A stretch of 64,000 nt of DNA. It comes from Camelus dromedarius (lineage: Eukaryota). Under the pieces are notes generated by a model. That model worked only from the letters and a program-made list of their open reading frames with translations, searched no databases and was not told the DNA's origin. Both the position numbers and the translations under genes were made by a program. The stretch is from assembly GCF_036321535.1 (NCBI RefSeq), contig NC_087437.1, positions 77,006,001 through 77,070,000 of the forward strand, in the 5' to 3' direction. This document shows positions 53,825 through 64,000 of the stretch, one piece after another (within the stretch, counting starts at the first letter, position 1; each line of letters starts with the position of its first letter).

Positions 53825-53925
53825 ATGGAGTGTATACCTGGGCTGTAATCTGATAGATTCTGATTATGGCAAGTGGGCCAAGGAATCCGCATTTTATAAG
53901 TACTCCCAGGTGATGCTTAGGAAAT
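53825..53925. mobile_element. MER5-family hAT MITE fragment
   Basis: agattctgatt...gggccaaggaatccgcattttataagtactcccaggtgatgct. Confidence 0.75.
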
Positions 53926-55989
53926 ATTTAAATGATGCAAGACTGAATACATTATGAGATTTAATCCCTCAAAATCATCTATCTCTTTACTCTAAGCCTG
54001 ATGTATATTGGTTAAACTATTGGATTTTGTTAGATTATTGGATACAAGTTCCTTGAGTGACAGGACTATTTGGTTCTCCTGCCCCTAGAAAAGTGCTCAA
54101 CATGAAGGAGGCATCAATCAATAAGTACAAATTTATTGCATGGGGCTATGCATACTCTGAGTCAACGTTATTGCTATACTTTAGTTGCTCTTGGACATTA
54201 GCTTCTCTATGTGGCATCAATTTTGGGAGCTGGAAGTACAAGATTTTCCTGTAATGTCATGAGTAATGTATAAAGGAGGCTCATCGTTTGTTCCACAATC
54301 TTAGATTGCGATTTAAGAAAATGTAGTGTAGATTTATTTAAGGGTGCATCTCCTAGAAGTAAAATTAGGCCCCTGCTTCTCTCCTTAGAGCATGGATCCC
54401 ATTGACAGCAGCTTTATGGGCGTTATCTTTCTTAGTAACAAGGGCTAAATTTTGATTTTAGATACGAGTTTTAGACAGATCAAAAGAATATGTCCTCTGT
54501 GCATTTCTGGAATTTCCTGTTCTACAAGAAGAATTAATATTATTAATAAAATGGAGGTTGCAATTAAATTTTGGAAAACAAGTCTCTGAATTGGTAAAAG
54601 TCAAGGAATGTTGCAAACATTTCAACTTTTGGATTTGAACTGAATCAGTTAAAGCTGGCCATCTTCAACATGGGACTAGGCCTTCCTAAGCTGCTGACTC
54701 TTGCATATCAGCATGTCATGTCTTTTTAAAATGTTTCCCAGTAACATTTGGGAGTCCTATTGAGGACTCCATAGGGAGTATAGGAGATGTATATAATGAA
54801 TAATGTCAACAAGAAGAAAAACTTACATCATTATGTCATTTGAAAACATCTACTATACAATATTTTGAAAATTCAAATGAAACAAACCTCTGAAAGCATT
54901 ATAATGTTAGGTCACTTGAAAATAGATCATTTCAACTTGCTTTGCTGGATAAATGAATGGAGATGAATTAATTTCAAAGAGTGAATTTTCTTATTTAGGA
55001 AGATGAATTCAAAGGTCAAAACCGAACTGGAATATTAAAATTATGGAAATATTAGTAATATCTACTATGAGCTTAAATGAACATCCAGACAATCCATAGC
55101 ATAGTCAGTTATGTAAAAGTTGAAAGCTGTGGCCACCGTGCAAGATGTGATATCATGTAAATTTTATTTTTCAAAATTTGTTGTATATATTATATGTATA
55201 TGAAGTTGTAATTGATGTGTATGATTATGCGTCAAAGAAAAGATATAGGGCCTTGAGCTTCATACAAAATGACATTTTGATTGGTTCTAACATTAGGTAG
55301 AGACATTAGGGAAGATGAATAAGATTTAGCTCCACTAACGACTAGATTTGAATGACATGCTAGAGGAAGATCACTAACATTTCTGTTTAAATTATTTTGT
55401 TTTTGTCTTTTGCTGTTTTGTTGGTTTACCTGTTTGTTTTCTTAGTCTACTTCCTGAAAAAGTGCTGTTATTACTTCTAGTATGAGGAGACCAGGCTACT
55501 CCCAGTGAGAAAATCTGAAATGTGTGTTCTTCTTTGTGAATGATCAAACCTAACATTGTGCTAAACAGTCAATGACTCTTTGAAGGTGCTTTGCTCAGTA
55601 TGTTTCTTAGCAAAAGTTGAAATTGTTTCAGTCCATGGAGTAAGTTAGTTTAAATTGTTTCTCAGGAAATGAAGATAGCTTCTTTTTATACAGTCTGTAA
55701 CAGCAGTTGTCTCTTGATGGGTGAAATTGTAGCTGCATTTTGTTTTCCTTCCTTTACATTTTTACATTTTACACACATGTGCACACTTGCACATACATAT
55801 TTCCTTATAATGAATGTTATACTTCCTTTTTAAAAGAAAATAACATTTTTTTTAAAAAAAGAATGAAAAATAGTCTCATTATACAGAATTAAAGGATAAA
55901 ATTGCTTTTGTCAAAACAGTATTCTATCTAGATAATGCTGTGACTGTTCTTGGCAACTTTTATTGAAATAAAAGTTTATTCGTGTGTTT

Positions 55990-56620
55990 AAAAAATGGTT
56001 ATTTAGCTCTTATCAAGTGCCAGGCACTGGTCCCAGGTGCTAGGATGTAGCAACAAATGAAGGGAAGCTCCTGATATGGAGCTCATATCCTTGTGGATGA
56101 TAGACAATAAATTATGTAATATATCTGGTGATGACAAATACTACGAAAAAAATAAACAGGGTGAGGGGAAGGGAGTTATGCAAAAACTGCTACTTTGTTA
56201 GGCTGGGCAGGGAGTCATGAATGTATCTGAATAAATAGGGGCATTCCAGTAGAAACCTGATTGAAGCAGGTGAGCCAAGCAAATATCTCTGGGAGGAACT
56301 TCAAAGGCAGAGTCACTGAGTGCAAGTAGCCTTGGCGTTTTCAACATCAGGGAGGCAGGGTGGATGGGGTGGACTTTGAGAAGGAAAGTAGTGCAGAACA
56401 TAAAATCCAGCTGGTTAGTAGAAAATCAGATTATATGGAGTTTTAAAGACCATAATGTTTTGAGTAAGATGAAAAGTTGCTGGAGGTTTTGAGCAGAGAT
56501 GATGTTCTGTTTCCTAATTAACAGGATCATGCTGGCCACCGTGTGGACAATAGACAATAGCAGGAAAGAAGTGAAAGCCAAAAAGCCAGGTGGAACCAAT
56601 GAACCGTTCAGGTGAGGCGT
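55990..56620 (-). mobile_element. L2 fragment
   Basis: tatcaagtgccaggcactggtcccaggtgctagga; ggaggttttgagcagagatg; acaggatcatgctggcc. Confidence 0.85.
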
Positions 56621-57502
56621 GGTCTCACTTTCCAAGTTTCTTGGGTATGGAGAAGTCCTCAGCTTTTCTGAATGTTTTGTATCTCATGAGATTTCTTCTG
56701 TGGCCTAAATGGAAGTCTCATTTGGTTACTATCCAAAGAACCTATGAACAAAGCTACCAGCCTTGGCTTGAAATTATCTCCAACTTATGGCCTATAATGA
56801 AAAAAAGAATTATAAAATTTGACCAAAAATATTCTTTCAATTTTATTTCCATCATCTTGTATATAATTCTGCCCTATTGAAGGGACATTTTGAGAGGATA
56901 CATATTAGCATCTAAATGATTTACCTGAAAGTCTGTTATACCTTTTCAGGTCTAAAACTGATTTTTATTCCTATGAATAAAATGGGGGAGAAGAGAACAA
57001 AAGGTCTTAGATTATGAATTTGGAATTGTTGAATCTTATCTCTGCTGGAGGCGATGTTACTCATATACAAGGGTCAAGGGAGTCCAGAAAACTAATGCAG
57101 AAATAAGGGCTTAACTCTAAGGAAAATTTACATCTAATTTTGAATCTCTCGTTGGCAGCATTAAAAAAGAGAAATGAAAACAAAGAGTAGAAAAGGGGAG
57201 ATTAGATAGCAGAGTACATTGTTTACTTGCCTTTGCCTCCTGGATTTTCATTCTTTTCTTTTATCTCCACAGGCCTGAGGAGTTATTGGCACCCATTTCA
57301 TTTGTCTTTCTCCAGGTTTAAAATTGAGGTGATGAGATGGAGTATTACCTGTGTGCTTCAGAACATCCACGAGTGACATGTGATAGTTGCCTGGGAAACT
57401 AAGATGAAATTCTACAGGCCTTTTGAAATGCTTTACATTTGAGAATAAAGCTCAGCTGAAGTTTAAGCAGCATACTGACAGTGAGTATTGATCTCTCATA
57501 TT

Positions 57503-58015
57503 ATCTGTTAGGATATTTGAGCCGTAGATAACAGAAAACCCCCGACTCAAAGTGGTTTAACCAAGAAAGAAATGTCTTATCTAATGTATCTAGAAGTCCA
57601 GAGGTAGAATGGGCTCCAAATGTGTTGTAATGAGAAGCCTAATATAATCAAAGATCCAAGTCCTTTTCTTATTTCTCTTCTTTGTACTCAGCTACCTTCT
57701 GAGGCTGGTTGTCCTCATGGTTTCAAGATGGCTGAGCATGACAATCTGAGCACCGTTAAGTTTTATTTACTGCTAGTAGGAAAGGAAAGGGGAGATTTCT
57801 CCCTTGAACCTGGAAAACATTCTTTTCTTTAATCTGATTGAGAAAAATTAATTCACATGTCCACATCTAGACTAAGGGATGCCATTATCTAATTGGCTCA
57901 AACAAATCAAAATCCCCCTTGAGGACTAGCTATATTGTGAATCTCTGAACTAAAAGGGCTTCTACTAGGAAGAAAACAAGAGGGAATTGGGAATTAGCTG
58001 TCATATATATCACAC
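57503..58015 (-). mobile_element. Old MaLR LTR (MLT1J/K-like)
   Basis: acagaaaacccccgactcaaagtggtttaaccaag...agaagtccagaggtag; ctcatggtttcaagatggctg. Confidence 0.75.
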
Positions 58016-58569
58016 AATGGGGAGACAACGCTTAACAACAGACATTACACTGGAAAAACTTTCAAAGAATGGGGTCTGCCCCCAAGTTTTGTTATCCTAG
58101 TCCTTGTCATCGATCGTGTGGATACGTATCTCCCTCACTCAAGATAAAAAGAGAAGGAGAAGGAGTTCTGGTGAGTCCAGTGTTTGTCCTTTCTGCAGTA
58201 TTTTGAAGCACTCCATTAAAGAACTTAGAAATAGTCACTTTGAAACATAAGTGATTCTAAGGCTTCATTGAGTATCCAAGAGTCAAACTCCATGAATATT
58301 TGTGATGTTACAATAGTAGTTTATTGCTTATAGTTTCCTGTGTTCTGAATTCTTTAACATACTGGTGGTAATTTATTTCAGCATCTATATTAGCTATACC
58401 TGTAGATATCGGTATTAGTAAGCAATAAGACAAGTGTTCTGAGATATTTTCCCTTTCTTTTTGGAATCATGAAATTTTCTTTGTTAAAAAGAATTTTAGC
58501 GTATTACAGGCCAACCAAGCAACAACAGATATGTGAAAAACTTGCTTTTTTGAAGTTTATTTATGAAGA

Positions 58570-59130
58570 ATGTATTTATTTTCTGTTGCTGTATAAAAAT
58601 TGCCATAAGCTTAATGACTTGAAGAAATGCAAATTTATTATCTTAGAGAGTCTGTTGGTCAGAAGTCTGGGCATGGTGTAGCTATGTTCTCTGTTCAGAG
58701 TTTCACATGGTTATAGTCAAGCCAGCAACCAAGTGTTGGTTACACTGTCATTCTCGTCTGAGTCTCCATGTCCTCTTTCAAGCTCATTAAAGTTGTTGGC
58801 AGAATTCAGTTACTAGTAGTTGTAGGAATGGCCCCATTTTTTAACAGTTGGGACCAGGGACCACTCTTGGCTCCTAGAGGCCACTCACAGTTCCTTACTA
58901 GTGTTTGCTTTTTTCTAGGCCAACAGGAATATCTCTCTCTGACTGAGTCTCCGACTTCCTGTGTCTCTAGGCTCAGATCAAAGGGCACATACAACTAGGT
59001 CAAGTCCACCTGATAGTCTATCTTAAATTCAGTTGATTGAGAACTGTAATTTGATGTGCAAAATCCCTTCACAGTAGCACCTAGAATTGTATAACTGGGA
59101 GAAAGTAGGAGCACACCAGGGAGCTTCCAA
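58570..59130 (-). mobile_element. MaLR LTR (MLT1D/E-like)
   Basis: tgtatttattttctgttgctg; ggtcagaagtctgggcatgg; gttgttggcagaattcagtt; gctcctagaggccactcacagttcct. Confidence 0.85.
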
Positions 59131-62100
59131 ACATAAAGGCTGGGCTGGCAGTGAAGCTATTCCATCTCTCAATGGAAGATCCAAATACTATTTGTTCAGG
59201 TCCCATGTGTTGGATGCTAAATACTTCAAAAAACTCTCTCTCCCTACCTTTCTCTCCTCTCCTCTCCTCTCCCTCTAGCTAGATACAAGTCAGTTGAATT
59301 TCTTCCCTGCAGGATATATAGAATAGATAGATATATATAGAATCATCTTTATAGGTTGGAAGGGCAGGATGAAAAGGAAAAGAAAGATAATAAAAGAATA
59401 GCACTATGTCTGAGGAAAATGAGGAAAAGTGTAATGAGAAGATGTGAGAAGAAGCAAAAACAAAATTGAAAGCAAGCATCCATGAGAGAGTAGAAAGTTG
59501 GTGTCAGGTTTCTATGGGTTTGAGTTAAAGTTAGAACAAAAGAAAGCATAGGAGAATGAAAGGATGGAAAAAGCAAGGTAGAAACATCAGAGTTGAAAGT
59601 AACAATAATGATGGCATTTGTGGCTACGCATTTGCTTTGAACAAGGCACTGCTTCTTTTTCCTAAATAATTTCCTGTGGTGAGGGAAGACTGATGGCCCC
59701 ACATATTTGCATATATATCTTGATCTTATTAACAGTATTTCTCAACCCTCACTTTGTTATGGTCTGGCTGCTGCTTTGAGAAGCCAGACAAAGCAGATAA
59801 TATTATACTTAATAAACACATATGAAGGCCAAAAACATAGCTACAAATAAAAGAAATTTAAAATAGTCCAGGGTAATCTTTTAGTCCACTTGCAACAAAC
59901 TGGACAAGAAAATGAGAATTTTTTCTTTTCTCCTTTCTCTTTCTCAATATATAACAAGGATAAATATAATTTGAAAACAACTTCATAAATCCATTCTCCC
60001 CAGAGCACCATAAAGAAATATTCCATATGGGTACCAACTGGTTCTTAGTTACTAAATCAGAAGTGATCAAACAAAGTTAATGATAGACAGTTGGCTAAAC
60101 TGAGGCTTTCAGTAGCAAATTTGTGTGTGTATGTATGTGCATGTGTGTAAAATCCGTACAGATGTATTCCAAATGCTATCCTTTAAGCAGGCCAAATGCA
60201 TCTTTTTTTAAAATAAGTTATGAACTATTGCAGAATTATTTTCATTTTAAGAAGCAGGAATGTGTCATATCACAAAAGTAGGCAACTTCATTTTGGCTTC
60301 TGATTTTTTTGTTGCCCCTGAACCTTTTAGGTTTTTAGCTCCATAAAAGAAGGGCCTTGGCAGAGGTTGAAGGTTCCTCTGATACCAGTAGTCAATAGCA
60401 AATGAAATGAGCATGTGTGCCGGGCTGCTTCTAACGTCCTCTGTGAAGATTCACGTTTCTCTTTGACTGGACACTGCTGACCATGAGGTTATGCAGTTGA
60501 CTCATGTCCATTTTCTTGTAGGGATTTGTGACAGTGCTACAAAGAAGGGAGATGAATTGAGAAGAAACATCCCTCTTTCTGTCTCTGCCAAGAAGCTTTA
60601 GAGCATAGCAGAGGGGTGATTCAGAATCCGACATTCTTGTGACTGATGCCCATTCTACTTAGATGACGCCTTGTTGGGACGTTGTAAGACATCTCCCACC
60701 AGAATGAATAGGAGTTTTTCTGAGAATAGAGGCAGAGATGTATTTGCAGGATTGTTGATAACAGCTGCCAAAGACAGGAAAGATGCTGAGATGAATAGCC
60801 TAAAAGGAAAGATAAAATTTAGACTAGTATTTTTAAAAATTAATTTATTAACTAAGTCACCAACATTGACCTCAGGCAGATACACCTACTTTTCCTTGCT
60901 TTCTAGATCTGAATCCTGGCATATGAGTTACCAACCATGGATTAACAGGCATCATTTCTCTCATGAAGTACTCAGATTAAAAAAAAAAAAAAAAAAAGCC
61001 TGTGTTCCATTCCTCATGGTGTTCAGGTTTAAGTGTTTGTTACTAAAGTACCAGAAAGCAATGACACTTTATAGCTTTTGGAATACATACGGCTTTTCAA
61101 AATGTAGTTCATGAAAGCTGCCAGTTTCTGAAGTAGGTTGTGATATTTTTCATCACAGGGTATCAGTAGTCCTATGATTTTGTTTGGTTCAGGAAAACTG
61201 GCCATATTTTGCAAATTATGACTACAAAATACTGAAAGTAATCTTGTCAAGAGAATGTGTTCCTTCTGTTACCTGAATTTTGTCTTGGTTGGGTCTCAAC
61301 TCTAATGAAGACTGGTATGAATGATTCTGGTTTGAAAAGGTCACAGTTATACCAAAGTCTATATAAATATTTCCCTCTTATTATGTCTCTGTTACACAGC
61401 TGTGATTGAATTTTCCTGGGAAAATGTAGTAGGAGGGCCGAGATCAGTGAACAGTTCATTGACAGTAGTTCTTAATATATATATTGCCCTTGGGGAAAGG
61501 AAGTGATTTAATGCATAATAGTATTCACTAATGCATAAGTAGAACCAAAATTAGCTATTACTAAATTGTTAATAAATCAGAATTTCACATAAGAGTGAAT
61601 TTTACTTTAAATATAAAATAATAACCATACATCATTATGCATACATAAAATGTGTGAATGTAACTGACTTGATCATGTTCCTAGAGAAAATCCTTATGAG
61701 TGATTTTTTTGTTTGTTGCTATATCTTCGTTTGACAGGCCAAGTTGCTAAGTCCATATTAATGGGTTAAACTGATTGTTTTAATTACATCTGGAATGCAA
61801 GAGTAAATGAAGAATTTATTAAATTAATTGGGTTATTTTATTCAAATGCTTCCAGGGTGATTATCATGATACCTAAGTAATCAGACTCAATCTAAATAAA
61901 TTAATTCAATAAAATATTAGCCTAATTTGTGCCTTAATGGAATCATTTCATTAATACTGTCAGGAATGAGCAGAAGTTTCCAGGCATTTTAAAGAGCACA
62001 AGCAAGGGAAATGTGATCAGTACATTATGGCTGGCAGCGGAAATTATCACATTAAGGAAATTTTGTGACTGATAAGAAAAGGGGTGATGGTATTACTCCC

Positions 62101-62139
62101 TAATTTACTGAGAAATGGAGAAATGTAAGGCTCCCCACA

Positions 62140-63070
62140 TGCAAATACTCATCTCCCATCTTTTTCATTCTTAAAATCACCCCACAGCTTCTCCCTCTCT
62201 TTTCTACTTTGCAGCCTCTGAGAAGGGATAATCTTTTTTAACCAAGGCTGGTCCTTCTGCTTGTGCTCTAATCCCACCCATTGTTCTGTCTTCCCTAGGA
62301 CTTTGGTTTATCAATTATGGCCGTTTAAATTATCTATCAATTTGCACATGTTTCTTTAAATTTTCATTTCCAACTATTTTCTTTCCCTCCGTCTGCAAAG
62401 GTGCTTGGGATGAGCAACAAACAACTCCCTGAGAAAAATAAACAAAAATACAAACTTCTCCAAATGTTGCTGCCCCAAAACTGCTTACTGTTTCATCACT
62501 TTCTTTCCATTTTCTTTCAGTAATCTTAGAAAAGGAATGTATCGTAACGGCCTTATCGTCCACATAGTTAACTTATTTTAAATACTTATAATTCTATACC
62601 TAATGAAACTGTGGTCTCATAGATTAATTAACAAGTTTATTTAATTCTTCTTCAATTCTGATTCCAGTGTTGAAGCTTCTCTGGTGTATTTTCCTGGCCA
62701 GTGTTTATCATTGCCTCCTAAATTTCTGAATTCACTGATTTTTTTCCTCTTACTTTCCTTTTCCATTCACTTTCACCACAAAGCCCTGGCTCTACTTTCG
62801 AGCTAAATTCAGGAATGTATGAAAGCCCTGGCTTTGCTTTACTTCACTCTTCTGTACTTACTTTCTTGGTGACCATATGCATTCTCTTAGTCACAAGTTC
62901 ATTCCTATTCTTTTGCATTTCAAGTGTATTTACTACTGATCTAACTTATTCCTAAGATGCTAACATTCATTTTTAGATATGAATAACTTGCTAATAGCAC
63001 AGTTTCAAAATCTAAAATTTAAATGGATAGACAATATCTAAACCTAAAGTTTTTAATTTTTTAAACTTGC

Positions 63071-63101
<31 letters not shown>

Positions 63102-63560
63102 CTCCCAATCAACAGTCCCAAGATACTAACTTGAAATCTTGGTGATAAAGCTTGCTTCTTCTTTCCTCTAACCTTACACATCAACTCAGATATCCTGTCC
63201 ATAGATGAATTCTCCTGTGTTTCATTTATATTCTCCTTCCTTTTCATGATTACAGGCAACATTTGAGTTCAGGATTTTGTTACCTCCTATTATGTTGCCT
63301 TATTTAATATGAACATTTTCTAATAGGGTTCCCTCATTCAATCTCTTTTATAAGATTGGTTTGTACTCATACCCTCTACTTCTCTCTGCTTTGTCTCTAA
63401 TTCCGTGAGATGACAGTGCCTTTCCCTATTCTGATACTTCTCTCTCAATAACTGCTTTTTTTTTATTCTTAAAGTGGTTTGATAATACCACATTTTTTTG
63501 CCAAGAAGACCTTATAGATTTTTGATTTTTAACCCAATTAAAGAAAAACTCTTACCCCTA
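62140..63560 (+). mobile_element. Long degraded L2 fragment, including a T27 run at 63074-63100
   Basis: accaaggctggtccttc; cctaatgaaactgtggtctcatagatt; ttcactcttctgtacttactttcttggtgacc. Confidence 0.7.
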
Positions 63561-63649
63561 CATCTATTTGCCATAATCATCAAAGCCACCAACATCATAT
63601 CTGAAACCACTTCTATACTGTAATTTTTCTAAATTATAGATCTGTGCTC

Positions 63650-63755
63650 ATTTGATTGGCAACAACTCTATGAAATAAGTATTCATATTTCCCCTTGATA
63701 AATGGCAGAGCTGCAACTCAGAAAGTTAGCTACTCAAAGCCACAAAAGTGTATCC
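63650..63755 (-). mobile_element. MIR fragment
   Basis: aacaactctatgaaataagtatt...gaaagttagctactcaaagccaca. Confidence 0.55.
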
Positions 63756-64000
63756 TTCAGGGTAGGGAGTGTAATTGACCATGGCTTCAGCTGCTGGGCT
63801 CTGAAATCCATCACCATGTATGCACCAAAGTCACAGTTCCTAAGGGCTCCCATTCAATGACTGGGAGATACAAGACTCCTCTGACAAACAACTTTGACTC
63901 AAGGACTTACTACTAATGTTTTATAAGTTTTCCTGAGCTACACTGCAGTCTAAAACCATCCTTCCTTCCTTCTCTTTCTCCTTAACAAGTGACGTAAATC

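Noticed and set aside
60671..61114. Longest ORF in the track (147 aa, + strand)
   Set aside because: Non-ATG (TTG) start, runs through an A19 tract giving poly-K, no recognisable domain; expected by chance
1..64000. Prokaryote-style or viral system (operon, CRISPR, intact ERV or transposase)
   Set aside because: No long ORFs, no gag/pol/env or transposase remnants recognised; the repeat content is plainly mammalian

Overview
AT-rich, CpG-depleted placental-mammal genomic DNA, intronic or intergenic, with no recognisable protein-coding gene, RNA gene or CRISPR array. A large part is fossil interspersed repeat: L2, MIR, old L1M, MaLR/ERVL LTRs and hAT MITEs (MER58A/C, MER53, MER5). There are also several younger 5'-truncated L1 insertions, three with clean 13-15 bp target-site duplications. 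The young L1 3' ends, plus the absence of Alu/B1/Bov-tA/PRE-1/CHR-type SINEs, suggest a camelid (inference). The best-supported unusual features are small rearrangements: a twin-primed inverted L1 whose junction is copied about 1.5 kb upstream, an ORF2 patch pasted into the same L1's 3'UTR, a MER53 whose right arm is locally inverted, and an L1 at the seam of an ~85-90 bp tandem duplication. Several repeat-free blocks look like conserved non-coding elements, and there are two weak, speculative spliced-transcript models. I found no evidence of a novel multi-gene system. Repeat family names come from remembered consensus sequences, and old-repeat boundaries are approximate (tens of bp).
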